Numbered from the stretch's first letter, positions 27,350 through 35,997 are shown. The stretch: 64,000 nt of DNA from an uncultured Bacteroidales bacterium (GCA_903915465.1 CAIWTA010000082.1:4183-68182), one strand, 5' to 3'. Program-made: numbers and translations. The notes: generated from the sequence alone by a model not told the origin.

Positions 27350-28516
27350 TCATGCGGAAATCCTTTCCAATCCTGATTTTGCATTCAGGATATTCTGCAC
27401 CGGGCGAAATTCATTCCGAATCAATTGCCAACGGTTTGGATATTCGTTAAAGAGATGAAGAATCTTTGATCGGTGCTTTTTTAGGGCATCAGTAATAGCT
27501 GGAGGTGAAATGGGTTTTGGAAATTCATTTCCAAGATTTGAACTGGTCAGTATTTTATTTTGCGATTTTAATAGGTTAGCTGCATGCTCTAATCTATCCA
27601 ATAAAATAATCGTTTTTGCATATTTAACAGGAACTTCACCAACATGTTCTTTAAGCTGTTCTTTCACTTTTTGTTCCTGCTCTATATCGAAAAATAGATG
27701 GAAATCAGAAATGAGAACGTCACTAATACTTCTTTCCGGCACCATTGCATCAGCGTATTTTGCAGCTTTTTCCAAAATTGCCTTTAGATTGTCAATACTT
27801 CCGTCAAAACCCTTTATCTTTTTTATAGTGGATTCCGAAAATTTATAATTTCTTGAATTTTTACTGGAAATCTCCTCTAAATAGCTATAAGATAGATGAA
27901 TTATTCCATCTTTCAATTTCTCGGTAAGATGAGAAACCTCTTTTCGGAGTTCATTAACTTCATAAAGGATGTTGCGTGTATTCTCGGTAAGTGTAGCAAA
28001 TAATTCTTTATCCTCTTTTTGGATGTCGAAATGGGCAATAATTGAATTTCTGATTAGATGTGCAATGATCGTTTTATTACCAGTTGACAGTATTTTGGTA
28101 GGATTGATTGTTCCAAAATTACTAAGATCCGTCTTAAAATAAAAGAAAAAAAGATCATTATAACCATCGACAGAATTCTTAATTCTAATTAATAAAATAT
28201 TGTTATTAAATTCATTAAATATATTTAATTGAATCTTTTCTTTAGGTTTAATTTCGAAAGGCAAATCTTCAATTCTCAGCCAAGTGTAAGGAGAATTATC
28301 CAACCGGAAACGGTTTAAGATTGAAGTAGAGTCAGAGACATGAAATGATTCTTGAAAATACTCCCCGTTATCATTTTTTAACATCGTAGATACCAGATTC
28401 TCTTTCTCGTCGGTACAGTAAACAGCAACCACTTTTTCAATACCCGGAAGCAATTTAGGCAAGATATTGAGTATGAAAAGAATGGGTTTTTCAGTAAACG
28501 AAAAAGATCTTTTCAT
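27350..28516 (-). CDS. hypothetical protein, 388 aa, no domain recognised
   Basis: A long uninterrupted ORF whose codon usage looks like its neighbours'. The centre is rich in heptad-like charged segments (NELRKEVSHLTEKLKDG, QEQKVKEQLKEH). It sits behind a minus-strand TAtaTTTG box at 28535-28542. Confidence 0.6.
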   Translation of the reverse strand: MKRSFSFTEKPILFILNILPKLLPGIEKVVAVYCTDEKENLVSTMLKNDNGEYFQESFHVSDSTSILNRFRLDNSPYTWLRIEDLPFEIKPKEKIQLNIFNEFNNNILLIRIKNSVDGYNDLFFFYFKTDLSNFGTINPTKILSTGNKTIIAHLIRNSIIAHFDIQKEDKELFATLTENTRNILYEVNELRKEVSHLTEKLKDGIIHLSYSYLEEISSKNSRNYKFSESTIKKIKGFDGSIDNLKAILEKAAKYADAMVPERSISDVLISDFHLFFDIEQEQKVKEQLKEHVGEVPVKYAKTIILLDRLEHAANLLKSQNKILTSSNLGNEFPKPISPPAITDALKKHRSKILHLFNEYPNRWQLIRNEFRPVQNILNAKSGLERISA

Positions 28517-28534
28517 TTAGCATTAAGTTTTATG

Positions 28535-28542
28535 CAAATATA
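28535..28542 (-). promoter_or_regulatory. TAnnTTTG -7 box (minus strand) for the 388-aa gene
   Basis: The reverse complement of CAAATATA is TATATTTG, 18 nt upstream of the ATG at 28516. It is embedded in the TTAAG array. Confidence 0.4.
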
Positions 28543-28680
28543 TGCTTAAATATATGCTTAAACAAATTTAAGTTAAAATTGTTGCTTAAAATTGTTAAGT
28601 AAATTTTTCAGCATAAATAGAATAAAAAAGTTAAGTCAAAAATAATACTTAAATAGCTTGATATCAACCTAATAAAAATA

Positions 28681-28688
28681 TAGATTTG
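28681..28688 (+). promoter_or_regulatory. TAnnTTTG -7 box (plus strand) for the 28746/28996 genes
   Basis: TAGATTTG lies 58 nt upstream of the ATG at 28746. Confidence 0.4.
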
Positions 28689-28745
28689 TCATATTTTAAA
28701 ATCACATACTTAATAGTTATACTCATTTATTAAGCAAATTAAGTA

Positions 28746-28952
28746 ATGGCAGAATTTGATTATTATTCAATAATGGAGAAGCGGATTAATTATTTATCAA
28801 AGAAATACGATCCATTTAATAAATTTTCCAGAGAATGGGAAAAGATTACAGAAAAGCAAAATTGTACTCAATCTATCAAACCGAAATTAAAAAAAATACT
28901 TGCGAAACAAATGGCTGAAATCTATAATTCTGTTATCGCATTTTTACTCTGA
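28746..28952 (+). CDS. small hypothetical protein (68 aa)
   Basis: ATG-initiated ORF 44 nt upstream of the next gene on the same strand. It is a charged, helical-looking sequence. No homology recognised. Confidence 0.35.
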   Translation: MAEFDYYSIMEKRINYLSKKYDPFNKFSREWEKITEKQNCTQSIKPKLKKILAKQMAEIYNSVIAFLL

Positions 28953-28995
28953 ATGTCTTTTTTAAAGTACCTTTACTTCATAAAAACAGACCATT

Positions 28996-29997
28996 ATGAA
29001 AACATGCAAGAAAATTTTTATCGGGTTGTTAGGACTGATCGTTCTTTTACTGGTCATCGCTTTTCTGCTACCTTCTAAATATCATGTTGAGCGCAACACA
29101 TTCATTATGGCGAACAAATTGACAATCTATGATCTGACAAGTCATTTCCAAAAGTGGGATCTTTGGGCACCCTGGACTCAGAAAATTGACTCCACAGCAA
29201 AATTTGAACTTGTTGGCCCCGATGGTGAAGTCGGTACAAAGCGGATATGGGATGGGAAAATCCTGAGAGATGGAGAAATGGTGCTTACTCAGCTTATTCC
29301 GGGAGAACTCGTTGCATACAACCTTTCGTTCCATAAAGGAGACTACAAATCCAAAGGGAAGTTAACGATCGAAGCACTAGGAGATTCCTGTAAAGTTTCC
29401 TGGATTGATGATGGTGATCTTGGCTATAATCCCATTTCCCGATATATGGGGCTTTTTATGGGAAAAATGATGAATCCGGATTTTGATAAAGGCCTTTCAA
29501 AGCTTAAAACGGTTGCGGAACAACGTAAATCCTGGCCAAAGATGAAGGAAACAACAATACCGGAACAATTTGTCCTGGTTATAGTAGATTCTGCTAGGAT
29601 AAAAGATTATAAGAAAGTCATGGGAAATGCCTTTGGAGAGATATTTAAATATATACAAACCAGCGGACTTAAACAAAACGGTTCTCCATTTTCAATTTGC
29701 CTAAAATGGGATTCTGTTACAAAAAGTTCTGTTATGAAAATAGGTGTTCCTGTGAATAAAGAAGGAAAAAATAATGGAAGGATAGCAGCTGAAAAAATTC
29801 CTGCCCAGAATGCAGTGATGGGATATTATTTTGGCCCTTATGATAAAATTGAGTCTGCTTATAACGCCCTTGCTCAATATTGTAAAGAAGGTAAAAATGA
29901 AATTACAGGCGGACCTTGGGAAATCTATATCTCAGATCCAATGATCGAAAAAGATTCAATGAAATTTGAAACTCATATCCTGTTTCCGATAAAATAA
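28996..29997 (+). CDS. membrane-anchored SRPBCC (START/Bet v1-like) plus GyrI-like small-molecule-binding fusion protein
   Basis: N-terminal TM (IFIGLLGLIVLLLVIAFLL). SRPBCC-like half (YHVERNTFIMANKLTIYDL...WAPW). GyrI-like half (AVMGYYFGPYDKIESAYNALAQYCKEGKNEITGGPWEIYISDP). Confidence 0.65.
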   Translation: MKTCKKIFIGLLGLIVLLLVIAFLLPSKYHVERNTFIMANKLTIYDLTSHFQKWDLWAPWTQKIDSTAKFELVGPDGEVGTKRIWDGKILRDGEMVLTQLIPGELVAYNLSFHKGDYKSKGKLTIEALGDSCKVSWIDDGDLGYNPISRYMGLFMGKMMNPDFDKGLSKLKTVAEQRKSWPKMKETTIPEQFVLVIVDSARIKDYKKVMGNAFGEIFKYIQTSGLKQNGSPFSICLKWDSVTKSSVMKIGVPVNKEGKNNGRIAAEKIPAQNAVMGYYFGPYDKIESAYNALAQYCKEGKNEITGGPWEIYISDPMIEKDSMKFETHILFPIK

Positions 29998-30274
29998 TCT
30001 GGTTCAACGCAAAAATGTCTACTTTAATTGATTGTTTTTTAGCACAATAGTCCCATTAGTCCCCAATCAGAGCAACTGACATCTGCGGATATAAGCTGAT
30101 GCCATTTTGCAGCGTAGAAGGATTTATATTTTCTTTTCGATAGCTGAGGGAGTGAATTTCGACAATCAGTTTTTTGTTGACGTGAGCGGGATATATATTG
30201 TCTCCAGCACCTGAAAAAAGAACTGGCTGTACATTCGAACAATACCTCTTTTTTCAACAAAATAAAAAAAACAC

Positions 30275-30781
30275 TTATTTGAATTCCTTTTTCAGCAATT
30301 CAACCCAGCCTGCAACTCTTTCCCGTGTCAGATGGTTTTCATACTCTTCATCGATTGCCAGTCCTACAAGTTTTCCTTTAACCAGGGCTAAGGAGTTTTC
30401 AAATGAATATCCTTGACGTACAACAGATCCTACAATGTTGGCATTTCTCTTCAGGAGCCATTCATATAATATCCCCATCGCATCCACAAAAGTTGAGGAA
30501 TAGGTACTTTGATCTCCCAAACCAAACAAAGCAACTTTTTTTCCTGTAAAATCAATTTCTTCAAGAGTTTCCAGAAAATCCTCAAAATCGTCCTGCAGGT
30601 CACTAACTCCCCAGGTTGACAATCCGAAGATAAGATAGTTATATTTTTCAACATCTCCTTTTTCAGCAAGATCAACGTTCATGATATCTGCTGCATCTTC
30701 TCCAAATGTCTTCCGTATAAGAACCGCAATGTTTTCTGTATTCCCGGTTGTGGTTCCATAAAATATTCCGATGTTTGCCAT
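30275..30781 (-). CDS. fldA: long-chain flavodoxin
   Basis: MANIGIFYGTTTGNTENIA FMN-phosphate loop, the WGVSDLQDDFEDF block, and a 168-aa length. Confidence 0.9.
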   Translation of the reverse strand: MANIGIFYGTTTGNTENIAVLIRKTFGEDAADIMNVDLAEKGDVEKYNYLIFGLSTWGVSDLQDDFEDFLETLEEIDFTGKKVALFGLGDQSTYSSTFVDAMGILYEWLLKRNANIVGSVVRQGYSFENSLALVKGKLVGLAIDEEYENHLTRERVAGWVELLKKEFK

Positions 30782-30798
30782 AATTGCAACTATTTTCG

Positions 30799-30806
30799 TA
30801 CGTTTG
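30799..30806 (+). promoter_or_regulatory. TAnnTTTG -7 box for the sensor kinase
   Basis: TACGTTTG. Its position implies a transcript start near 30813, which rules out the track ATG at 30771. That ATG would also overlap the fldA start. Confidence 0.45.
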
Positions 30807-30827
30807 TCCTATCCAAAATGCCTGATT

Positions 30828-32663
30828 TTGCTAAACTCACAAGTCAAAAGTAGCAAAATTTCCATAAGAAACATATCGCTTACGGAGAAACTTGTTCTTT
30901 ACTTTCTCATTATCGGGATTGGCGTTATCTCCGTGATAAGTTTTTATTCATTCTACAGCACAAAGAATGCATTGATGAGCCGGACTTTCGACCAGTTAAC
31001 TTCGTTAAGGCTGGTAAAAAAGAACCAGGTGGAGATCTTTTTCAGTGATCGCCTCAAGGACCTTACACTCCTCTCCAATGCTTATGATACAAAGCAGATC
31101 ATTTCATTTTTTAATGCTTGCAGAAAAAAAGGAAATGGTTCAGATGATCAGGAACTACTGGAAAAATATTCAGAATACCTGAATAAATACAAGGCACTTA
31201 GGAACTATTTTAGTTGCATTTATCTGGTTGGTGTGGATCAAATAGCGTTGAAGGGCTTTCTTCAAAATGAAATCAAACCTTTAATTGTAACAGATAAGAT
31301 CTTTGGGCAACAAATTATTACTTTTTCAGCCTCTCATTTTCAGCATCATCGGATTATTCTTCTCGACATGATCCCGGATCCACAGACTCATTTGCCGGTT
31401 CTGTTTATTGCTGCTCCGGTAACTTCAGAAAGTAAGGAAATCGACGGCTGGCTGTTTCTTGCAGTTTCGATTGAGGCGATCAATAAGATCATGGTAAACA
31501 ATAATCCTAAAAGCGGATTAGGTATGACTGGCGAAACCTATCTTGTGGGTAATGATTTCAAGCTTCGTTCCGGATCAAGGTTTATCCCGAATTCTATCCT
31601 GAATACCATCGTAAGGACACAACCAGCAATCAAAGCATTAAACAGGCAGGAAGGGCAAGTTATCACACCGGATTATAGAAACATTACGGTATTGTCCTCG
31701 TTCAGCAGGGTCGATGTCCCCGGCATAAATTGGGTTATTCTTGCCGAGATTGATTTGAAAGAGGCCATGATCCCGATCTACAGGATGCGGAATAGTTTGT
31801 TGATTCTAAGCCTTCTCATTTCCGTAATATTCTTCATTTTCGTGTTCTTCACCTCAAAAAAGATCACGAAACCTATTATCCTGTTGAGAGATGCTGCTAT
31901 GCGTATCGGGAAAGGACAATATGACGTGGATATACCTGTAAGGGCAAATGATGAAATCGGGGCACTAACCAGGGCTTTCAATATAATGTCGGCACAGATC
32001 AAGGAAAAAACCAAGGAGTTACAATCTGAACGTATTGGTCGTCTGCGTTCAGTGATTGATGCCGAAGAAAGCGAAAGGCAACGTCTTTCAAGGGAAATCC
32101 ATGATGGGATTGGGCAATCGCTGATCGCCCTGAAGCTCAGGTTGGAGAGTTTGCTTTACATTGAAAGTTCTGAGATCAAAGCAAACATCAACGTGTTGAA
32201 AGACCAGTTCGATGGAACAGTTGATGAGATCAGGCGGATCTCAAATAATCTAATGCCTTCGGTTCTCGAGGTTTTCGGGATAACCATTGCATTGCGGAAT
32301 TTATGTGACGAAACCGAAGAACATTGTGAGATTAACATCATTTATGGAACATCCGGTGATCTGGAAAATATCAATACAAAAATTAAAACCTATTTATTCA
32401 GGATCGCACAAGAAGCTTTTAACAATATCATCAAGCATTCCGGGGCAAAAGAAGTGGAGATCAAACTTATCCGGATCAATGAAATTGTTAATTTTACCAT
32501 TCGTGACAATGGAAGGGGCTTCGATGTAATTGATGTTGCTTTCGAAAAAGGTAATGGTTTGCATAATATGCGTGAACGGGTAGCTTTGATGGAAGGAACC
32601 ATCGACATCAAATCAAAACTTAACCAGGGAACAGAAATTATTATTCAAATTCCCGTTTTCTGA
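30828..32663 (+). CDS. sensor histidine kinase (Cache-like periplasmic domain, HAMP, HisKA_3, HATPase_c; NarX/LiaS class)
   Basis: Two TM segments flank a roughly 280-aa extracytoplasmic region. HAMP (ANDEIGALTRAFNIM). HisKA_3 H-box (ERQRLSREIHDGIGQSL). ATPase N/G boxes (QEAFNNIIKHSGA, DNGRGF, GNGLHNMRERV). Start proposed at the in-frame TTG at 30828, with low certainty. Confidence 0.85.
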   Translation: MLNSQVKSSKISIRNISLTEKLVLYFLIIGIGVISVISFYSFYSTKNALMSRTFDQLTSLRLVKKNQVEIFFSDRLKDLTLLSNAYDTKQIISFFNACRKKGNGSDDQELLEKYSEYLNKYKALRNYFSCIYLVGVDQIALKGFLQNEIKPLIVTDKIFGQQIITFSASHFQHHRIILLDMIPDPQTHLPVLFIAAPVTSESKEIDGWLFLAVSIEAINKIMVNNNPKSGLGMTGETYLVGNDFKLRSGSRFIPNSILNTIVRTQPAIKALNRQEGQVITPDYRNITVLSSFSRVDVPGINWVILAEIDLKEAMIPIYRMRNSLLILSLLISVIFFIFVFFTSKKITKPIILLRDAAMRIGKGQYDVDIPVRANDEIGALTRAFNIMSAQIKEKTKELQSERIGRLRSVIDAEESERQRLSREIHDGIGQSLIALKLRLESLLYIESSEIKANINVLKDQFDGTVDEIRRISNNLMPSVLEVFGITIALRNLCDETEEHCEINIIYGTSGDLENINTKIKTYLFRIAQEAFNNIIKHSGAKEVEIKLIRINEIVNFTIRDNGRGFDVIDVAFEKGNGLHNMRERVALMEGTIDIKSKLNQGTEIIIQIPVF

Positions 32664-32667
32664 AATT

Positions 32668-33327
32668 ATGAAAAAGATTAAAATTATTTTAGTGGATGAT
32701 CACCAGTTGGTGCGGGACGGGATAAAATCCTTACTTAACGGCATCAATGACCTCCAGATCATCGGGGAAGCTTCCGACAGGATTGAACTTTATCAGCTAC
32801 TAACCAGCCTGAGCCCCGATTTGCTGATCATGGACATCTCTCTTCCTGGTATTTCCGGTATTGAAATAACGAAGACCATTTGTCAGGATTATCCAGGTAT
32901 TAAGGTGTTAATGCTTTCCATGTACAACAGTGAAGATTTTATTTTCAACTCGATAAAAGCAGGTGCAAAAGGATATCTCCCTAAGAATACTTCACGAAAA
33001 GAACTCCTCGAAGCCATTTATGCCATTCAGAGCGGAGAAGACTTCTTTTCGGAATCTGTCTCCAAGACCATGCTCAAAAGCTATGTCAGAAGAGCTACGG
33101 ATGATGAAAAATCCATTGAAAAATCCAGCGAGATCCTGACTACCAGAGAAATCGAAGTGTTGAAATTGTACGTCGAAGGACTGATCAACAAAGAGATCAG
33201 CGACAAGCTTAACATCAGCATTCGTACTGTGGAGACCCACAAAAATCATATCATGCGTAAACTCGGACTGAAATCGACGGTGGAGATGGTTAAATTCGCG
33301 ATCCGCAATAAAATTGTTGAACTCTAG
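32668..33327 (+). CDS. response regulator, NarL/LuxR family (REC plus LuxR HTH)
   Basis: Receiver residues (ILVDDH, LLIMDISLPGISG) and a LuxR-type HTH (LTTREIEVLKLYVEGLINKEISDKLNISIRTVETHKNHIMRKLG). Confidence 0.9.
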   Translation: MKKIKIILVDDHQLVRDGIKSLLNGINDLQIIGEASDRIELYQLLTSLSPDLLIMDISLPGISGIEITKTICQDYPGIKVLMLSMYNSEDFIFNSIKAGAKGYLPKNTSRKELLEAIYAIQSGEDFFSESVSKTMLKSYVRRATDDEKSIEKSSEILTTREIEVLKLYVEGLINKEISDKLNISIRTVETHKNHIMRKLGLKSTVEMVKFAIRNKIVEL

Positions 33328-33508
33328 GATGTTTCCCTTCCTTATGTAAGTATTATTCGCAATACCTTCACATAAAACTAAGGTTTACACTTATATATTA
33401 CGCCAAGCGCTCTTATCTAATAATCAGTACTTTACAGGATTGTACAACATTTTATTCTTTCGTAAAATTGCTGCGCCATTCCTGATAACCAAGCAAATTT
33501 ATAAAACC

Positions 33509-34333
33509 ATGAAAAGATTGCTCGTAATTTCTCAATGGCTGATGGTAATTTCCTTCTTGTTTATTGTATCAGGAAAGTGCTACTCACAAATACAGGACGA
33601 AGGGCTTGCTGAACAAAAAGTATCTAGTCCTGCTCAATTCAATCTGGGGGCAGATCTGGTGAGCCGGTATATCTGGCGAGGAAAAGATTTTGGGAATTCA
33701 CCTGCAATCCAGCCCAATGTTACATTCTCTGTCGCCGGGTTCAAGATCGGCGCCTGGGGTTCGTTCGGATTTGTTCCCTATACTGAGCAAATTAATGACT
33801 CCACCAGTGTGAATATGGGGAATTATGCCGAGGTTGATCCATTTGTATCTTATACCCTCAAAGGATTTACGCTGGCAGTGACCGATTTTTTCACCATCAA
33901 CGGATTGACGCCCAACTCAGGCAATTACTTCAATTACAAGAATAGCACCACAGGCCATACTTTTGAGATTTCTTTAGCCTGGGCAGGTCCCGATAAGTTC
34001 CCCCTGCAGTTATTTGTCGGAACGCTGGTTTATGGAGCTGATAAAGGGAAGGATTCGGAAGGGAATTATGGCCTGGGTACGACCAATAATTACTCAACCT
34101 ATTTTGAAGCGGCTTATCCTTTTACTATCAAAGGCGTTGGTGTAAAACCGTTTATTGGTGGAATTCCTTTTGGTTCATCATGGTATTGCCCGACAAGTGG
34201 TATAGTCAATGCAGGTCTGACAGTTTCCAAAACCCTTCAGATCACAAAGGAATTTGGTTTGCCGCTCTTTACATCAATCGTTGTAAACCCTCAATCGCAA
34301 TGTGTTTTCTTTGTTTTTGGACTTTCTCTTTAG
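33509..34333 (+). CDS. TorF-family putative outer-membrane porin
   Basis: Signal peptide from the ATG at 33509 (MKRLLVISQWLMVISFLFIVSG). Family-typical DLVSRYIWRGKDFGNSPAIQP, alternating beta-strand pattern, and an aromatic-rich C-terminus. Confidence 0.6.
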   Translation: MKRLLVISQWLMVISFLFIVSGKCYSQIQDEGLAEQKVSSPAQFNLGADLVSRYIWRGKDFGNSPAIQPNVTFSVAGFKIGAWGSFGFVPYTEQINDSTSVNMGNYAEVDPFVSYTLKGFTLAVTDFFTINGLTPNSGNYFNYKNSTTGHTFEISLAWAGPDKFPLQLFVGTLVYGADKGKDSEGNYGLGTTNNYSTYFEAAYPFTIKGVGVKPFIGGIPFGSSWYCPTSGIVNAGLTVSKTLQITKEFGLPLFTSIVVNPQSQCVFFVFGLSL

Positions 34334-34440
34334 AATTCAAATGATAAATCTTCCTCTTCACAAAACAGTTTCCGGTAGTATGTATTCATTTACTACTAAT
34401 CCAAGCCATATAAACTTAACAAACCTAACAAAATTCTATT

Positions 34441-35670
34441 ATGGGAACAATTGATATTGGTTCGACCGGCTTTATGCTGTTATCAGCGAGTCTGGTTATG
34501 CTTATGACTCCAGCGCTGGCCTTCTTTTATGGAGGTTTAGCAACAAAAAGAAACATACTTGGCATTATGATCCAGAGTTTTGCTTCTCTGGGATGGACCA
34601 CTGTGTTGTGGTTTGCATTTGGTTATTCATTATGTTTCAGTGGCGGAGAAGGTGGTTTTTTTGGAAATCTTCAAAAAGCTTTCCTGAATGGAGTTTCAAT
34701 GAATTCTGTTTATGCCGGAAACGGTAAGATTCCCGAAATTGTGTTTATCGCTTATCAGATGATGTTTGCAATTATTACACCTGCGCTCATCACTGGGGCA
34801 TTTGTAAACCGTGTTACATTTAAGTCCTATATGATTTTCCTCACATTCTGGCAGATCCTGGTTTATTATCCGTTTGTGCATATGATCTGGGGTGGAGGTT
34901 TGCTGGCCGAATGGGGTGTGTTGGATTTTGCGGGAGGTATTGTTGTTCACGCTACCGCAGGCTTTGCTGCTCTGGCTTCCGTTTTTTATATAGGTGCACG
35001 CGTGGATAAAAGTTCAATTCCTAACAGTATTCCGCTTGTTGCGATTGGTTCAGGATTGTTGTGGTTCGGCTGGTATGGATTCAATGCAGGAAGCGAGTTG
35101 CAGGTTGATAATATCACAGCCATCGCCTTCCTGAATACGGATGTGGCCGCTTCCTTTGCGACAGCAGCTTGGGTAGTGATTGAATGGATCAGGGAAGGCA
35201 GACCCAAATTGCTTGGACTATTGACCGGGTCCATTGCTGGTCTTGCCACGATTACACCCTGTGCCGGTTTTGTTCCGTTATGGTCGGCTCCTTTGATCGG
35301 AACGGCGGCAGGGCTGGTTTGCTATCTTGCAGTCCAATTGAAAAACAAACTTAAATGGGATGATGCTTTGGATGTGTGGGGCGTTCATGGAGTCGGAGGA
35401 GTGTTGGGAACAATATTATTAGGTGTGTTTGCCAGCAATGCTATCAACAAAGCTGTTACCGTGAATGGCCTTGCTTTTGGAGAGACAAGCTTCTTTTTAA
35501 AAGAGTTGATAACTGTAATCGCCGCATCTGCTTATGCATTCATCTTTACATACATAATGCTTGCCCTGATTAATCTTGTTGTAAGAGTCAGGGTCACAGA
35601 AGCCGATGAAAAAGCCGGGCTCGATTTTGCATTGCATGGCGAAAAGGCCTACGATGAAGGAAGTCTCTGA
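34441..35670 (+). CDS. amt: ammonium transporter
   Basis: Amt/MEP signature blocks (LMTPALAFFYGG, DFAGGIVVHATAGFAAL, GWYGFNAGS, DDALDVWGVHGVGGVLG). Confidence 0.95.
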   Translation: MGTIDIGSTGFMLLSASLVMLMTPALAFFYGGLATKRNILGIMIQSFASLGWTTVLWFAFGYSLCFSGGEGGFFGNLQKAFLNGVSMNSVYAGNGKIPEIVFIAYQMMFAIITPALITGAFVNRVTFKSYMIFLTFWQILVYYPFVHMIWGGGLLAEWGVLDFAGGIVVHATAGFAALASVFYIGARVDKSSIPNSIPLVAIGSGLLWFGWYGFNAGSELQVDNITAIAFLNTDVAASFATAAWVVIEWIREGRPKLLGLLTGSIAGLATITPCAGFVPLWSAPLIGTAAGLVCYLAVQLKNKLKWDDALDVWGVHGVGGVLGTILLGVFASNAINKAVTVNGLAFGETSFFLKELITVIAASAYAFIFTYIMLALINLVVRVRVTEADEKAGLDFALHGEKAYDEGSL

Positions 35671-35997
35671 TATCAATTTCAGAACTCCTGACCCAAAATC
35701 AGGTTATCAAGTATTTATAGGATTCCTGTCGCAGACCAAATTGTCGCTTAATTCGTAAACATGTGCATAAATATTATCTAAGAGGCTGAAATACAATGTA
35801 CACACAATTTGTTAACTGTGTACCAGAAAAACTTGCGACAGTCCTCTTTGCTCCCGGTCAGGAGGTCTGAAATTATCTATTGATTTTTGAACAGATTCTA
35901 ACACTGTGAAAATCCGCGATCAATGTAAACCATTCAACGACACAAACTTTCGGGCGTGGGCCTGGGGCCATGGTAACGCGTGACGTGCAATGACTTC

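Larger units (their letters stand above)
28523..28744. repeat. dense array of 11 TTAAG/CTTAA pentamers, including two short tandem duplications
   Basis: TTAAG(T/C) at 28523, 28568, 28595, 28631, 28730 and 28739. (G/A)CTTAA at 28544, 28556, 28584, 28647 and 28708. A perfect 12-bp tandem, TATATGCTTAAA x2, at 28539-28562. TAAAATTGTT x2 at 28574 and 28587 (13-bp period). Confidence 0.85.

Noticed and set aside
28523-28744. Possible CRISPR array, given the many short repeats
   Set aside because: The repeat unit is only 5-12 bp and there are no regular 25-40 bp spacers. No cas genes are in the window. It was reclassified as a regulatory repeat field.
30039-30260. 73-aa minus-strand ORF between the SRPBCC gene and fldA, and the 66-aa ORF at 35873-36073
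   Set aside because: Both are Cys/Arg/Ser-rich with no signal or domain features and no promoter box. The second overlaps the 3' end of the ABC permease gene. They are likely chance ORFs.
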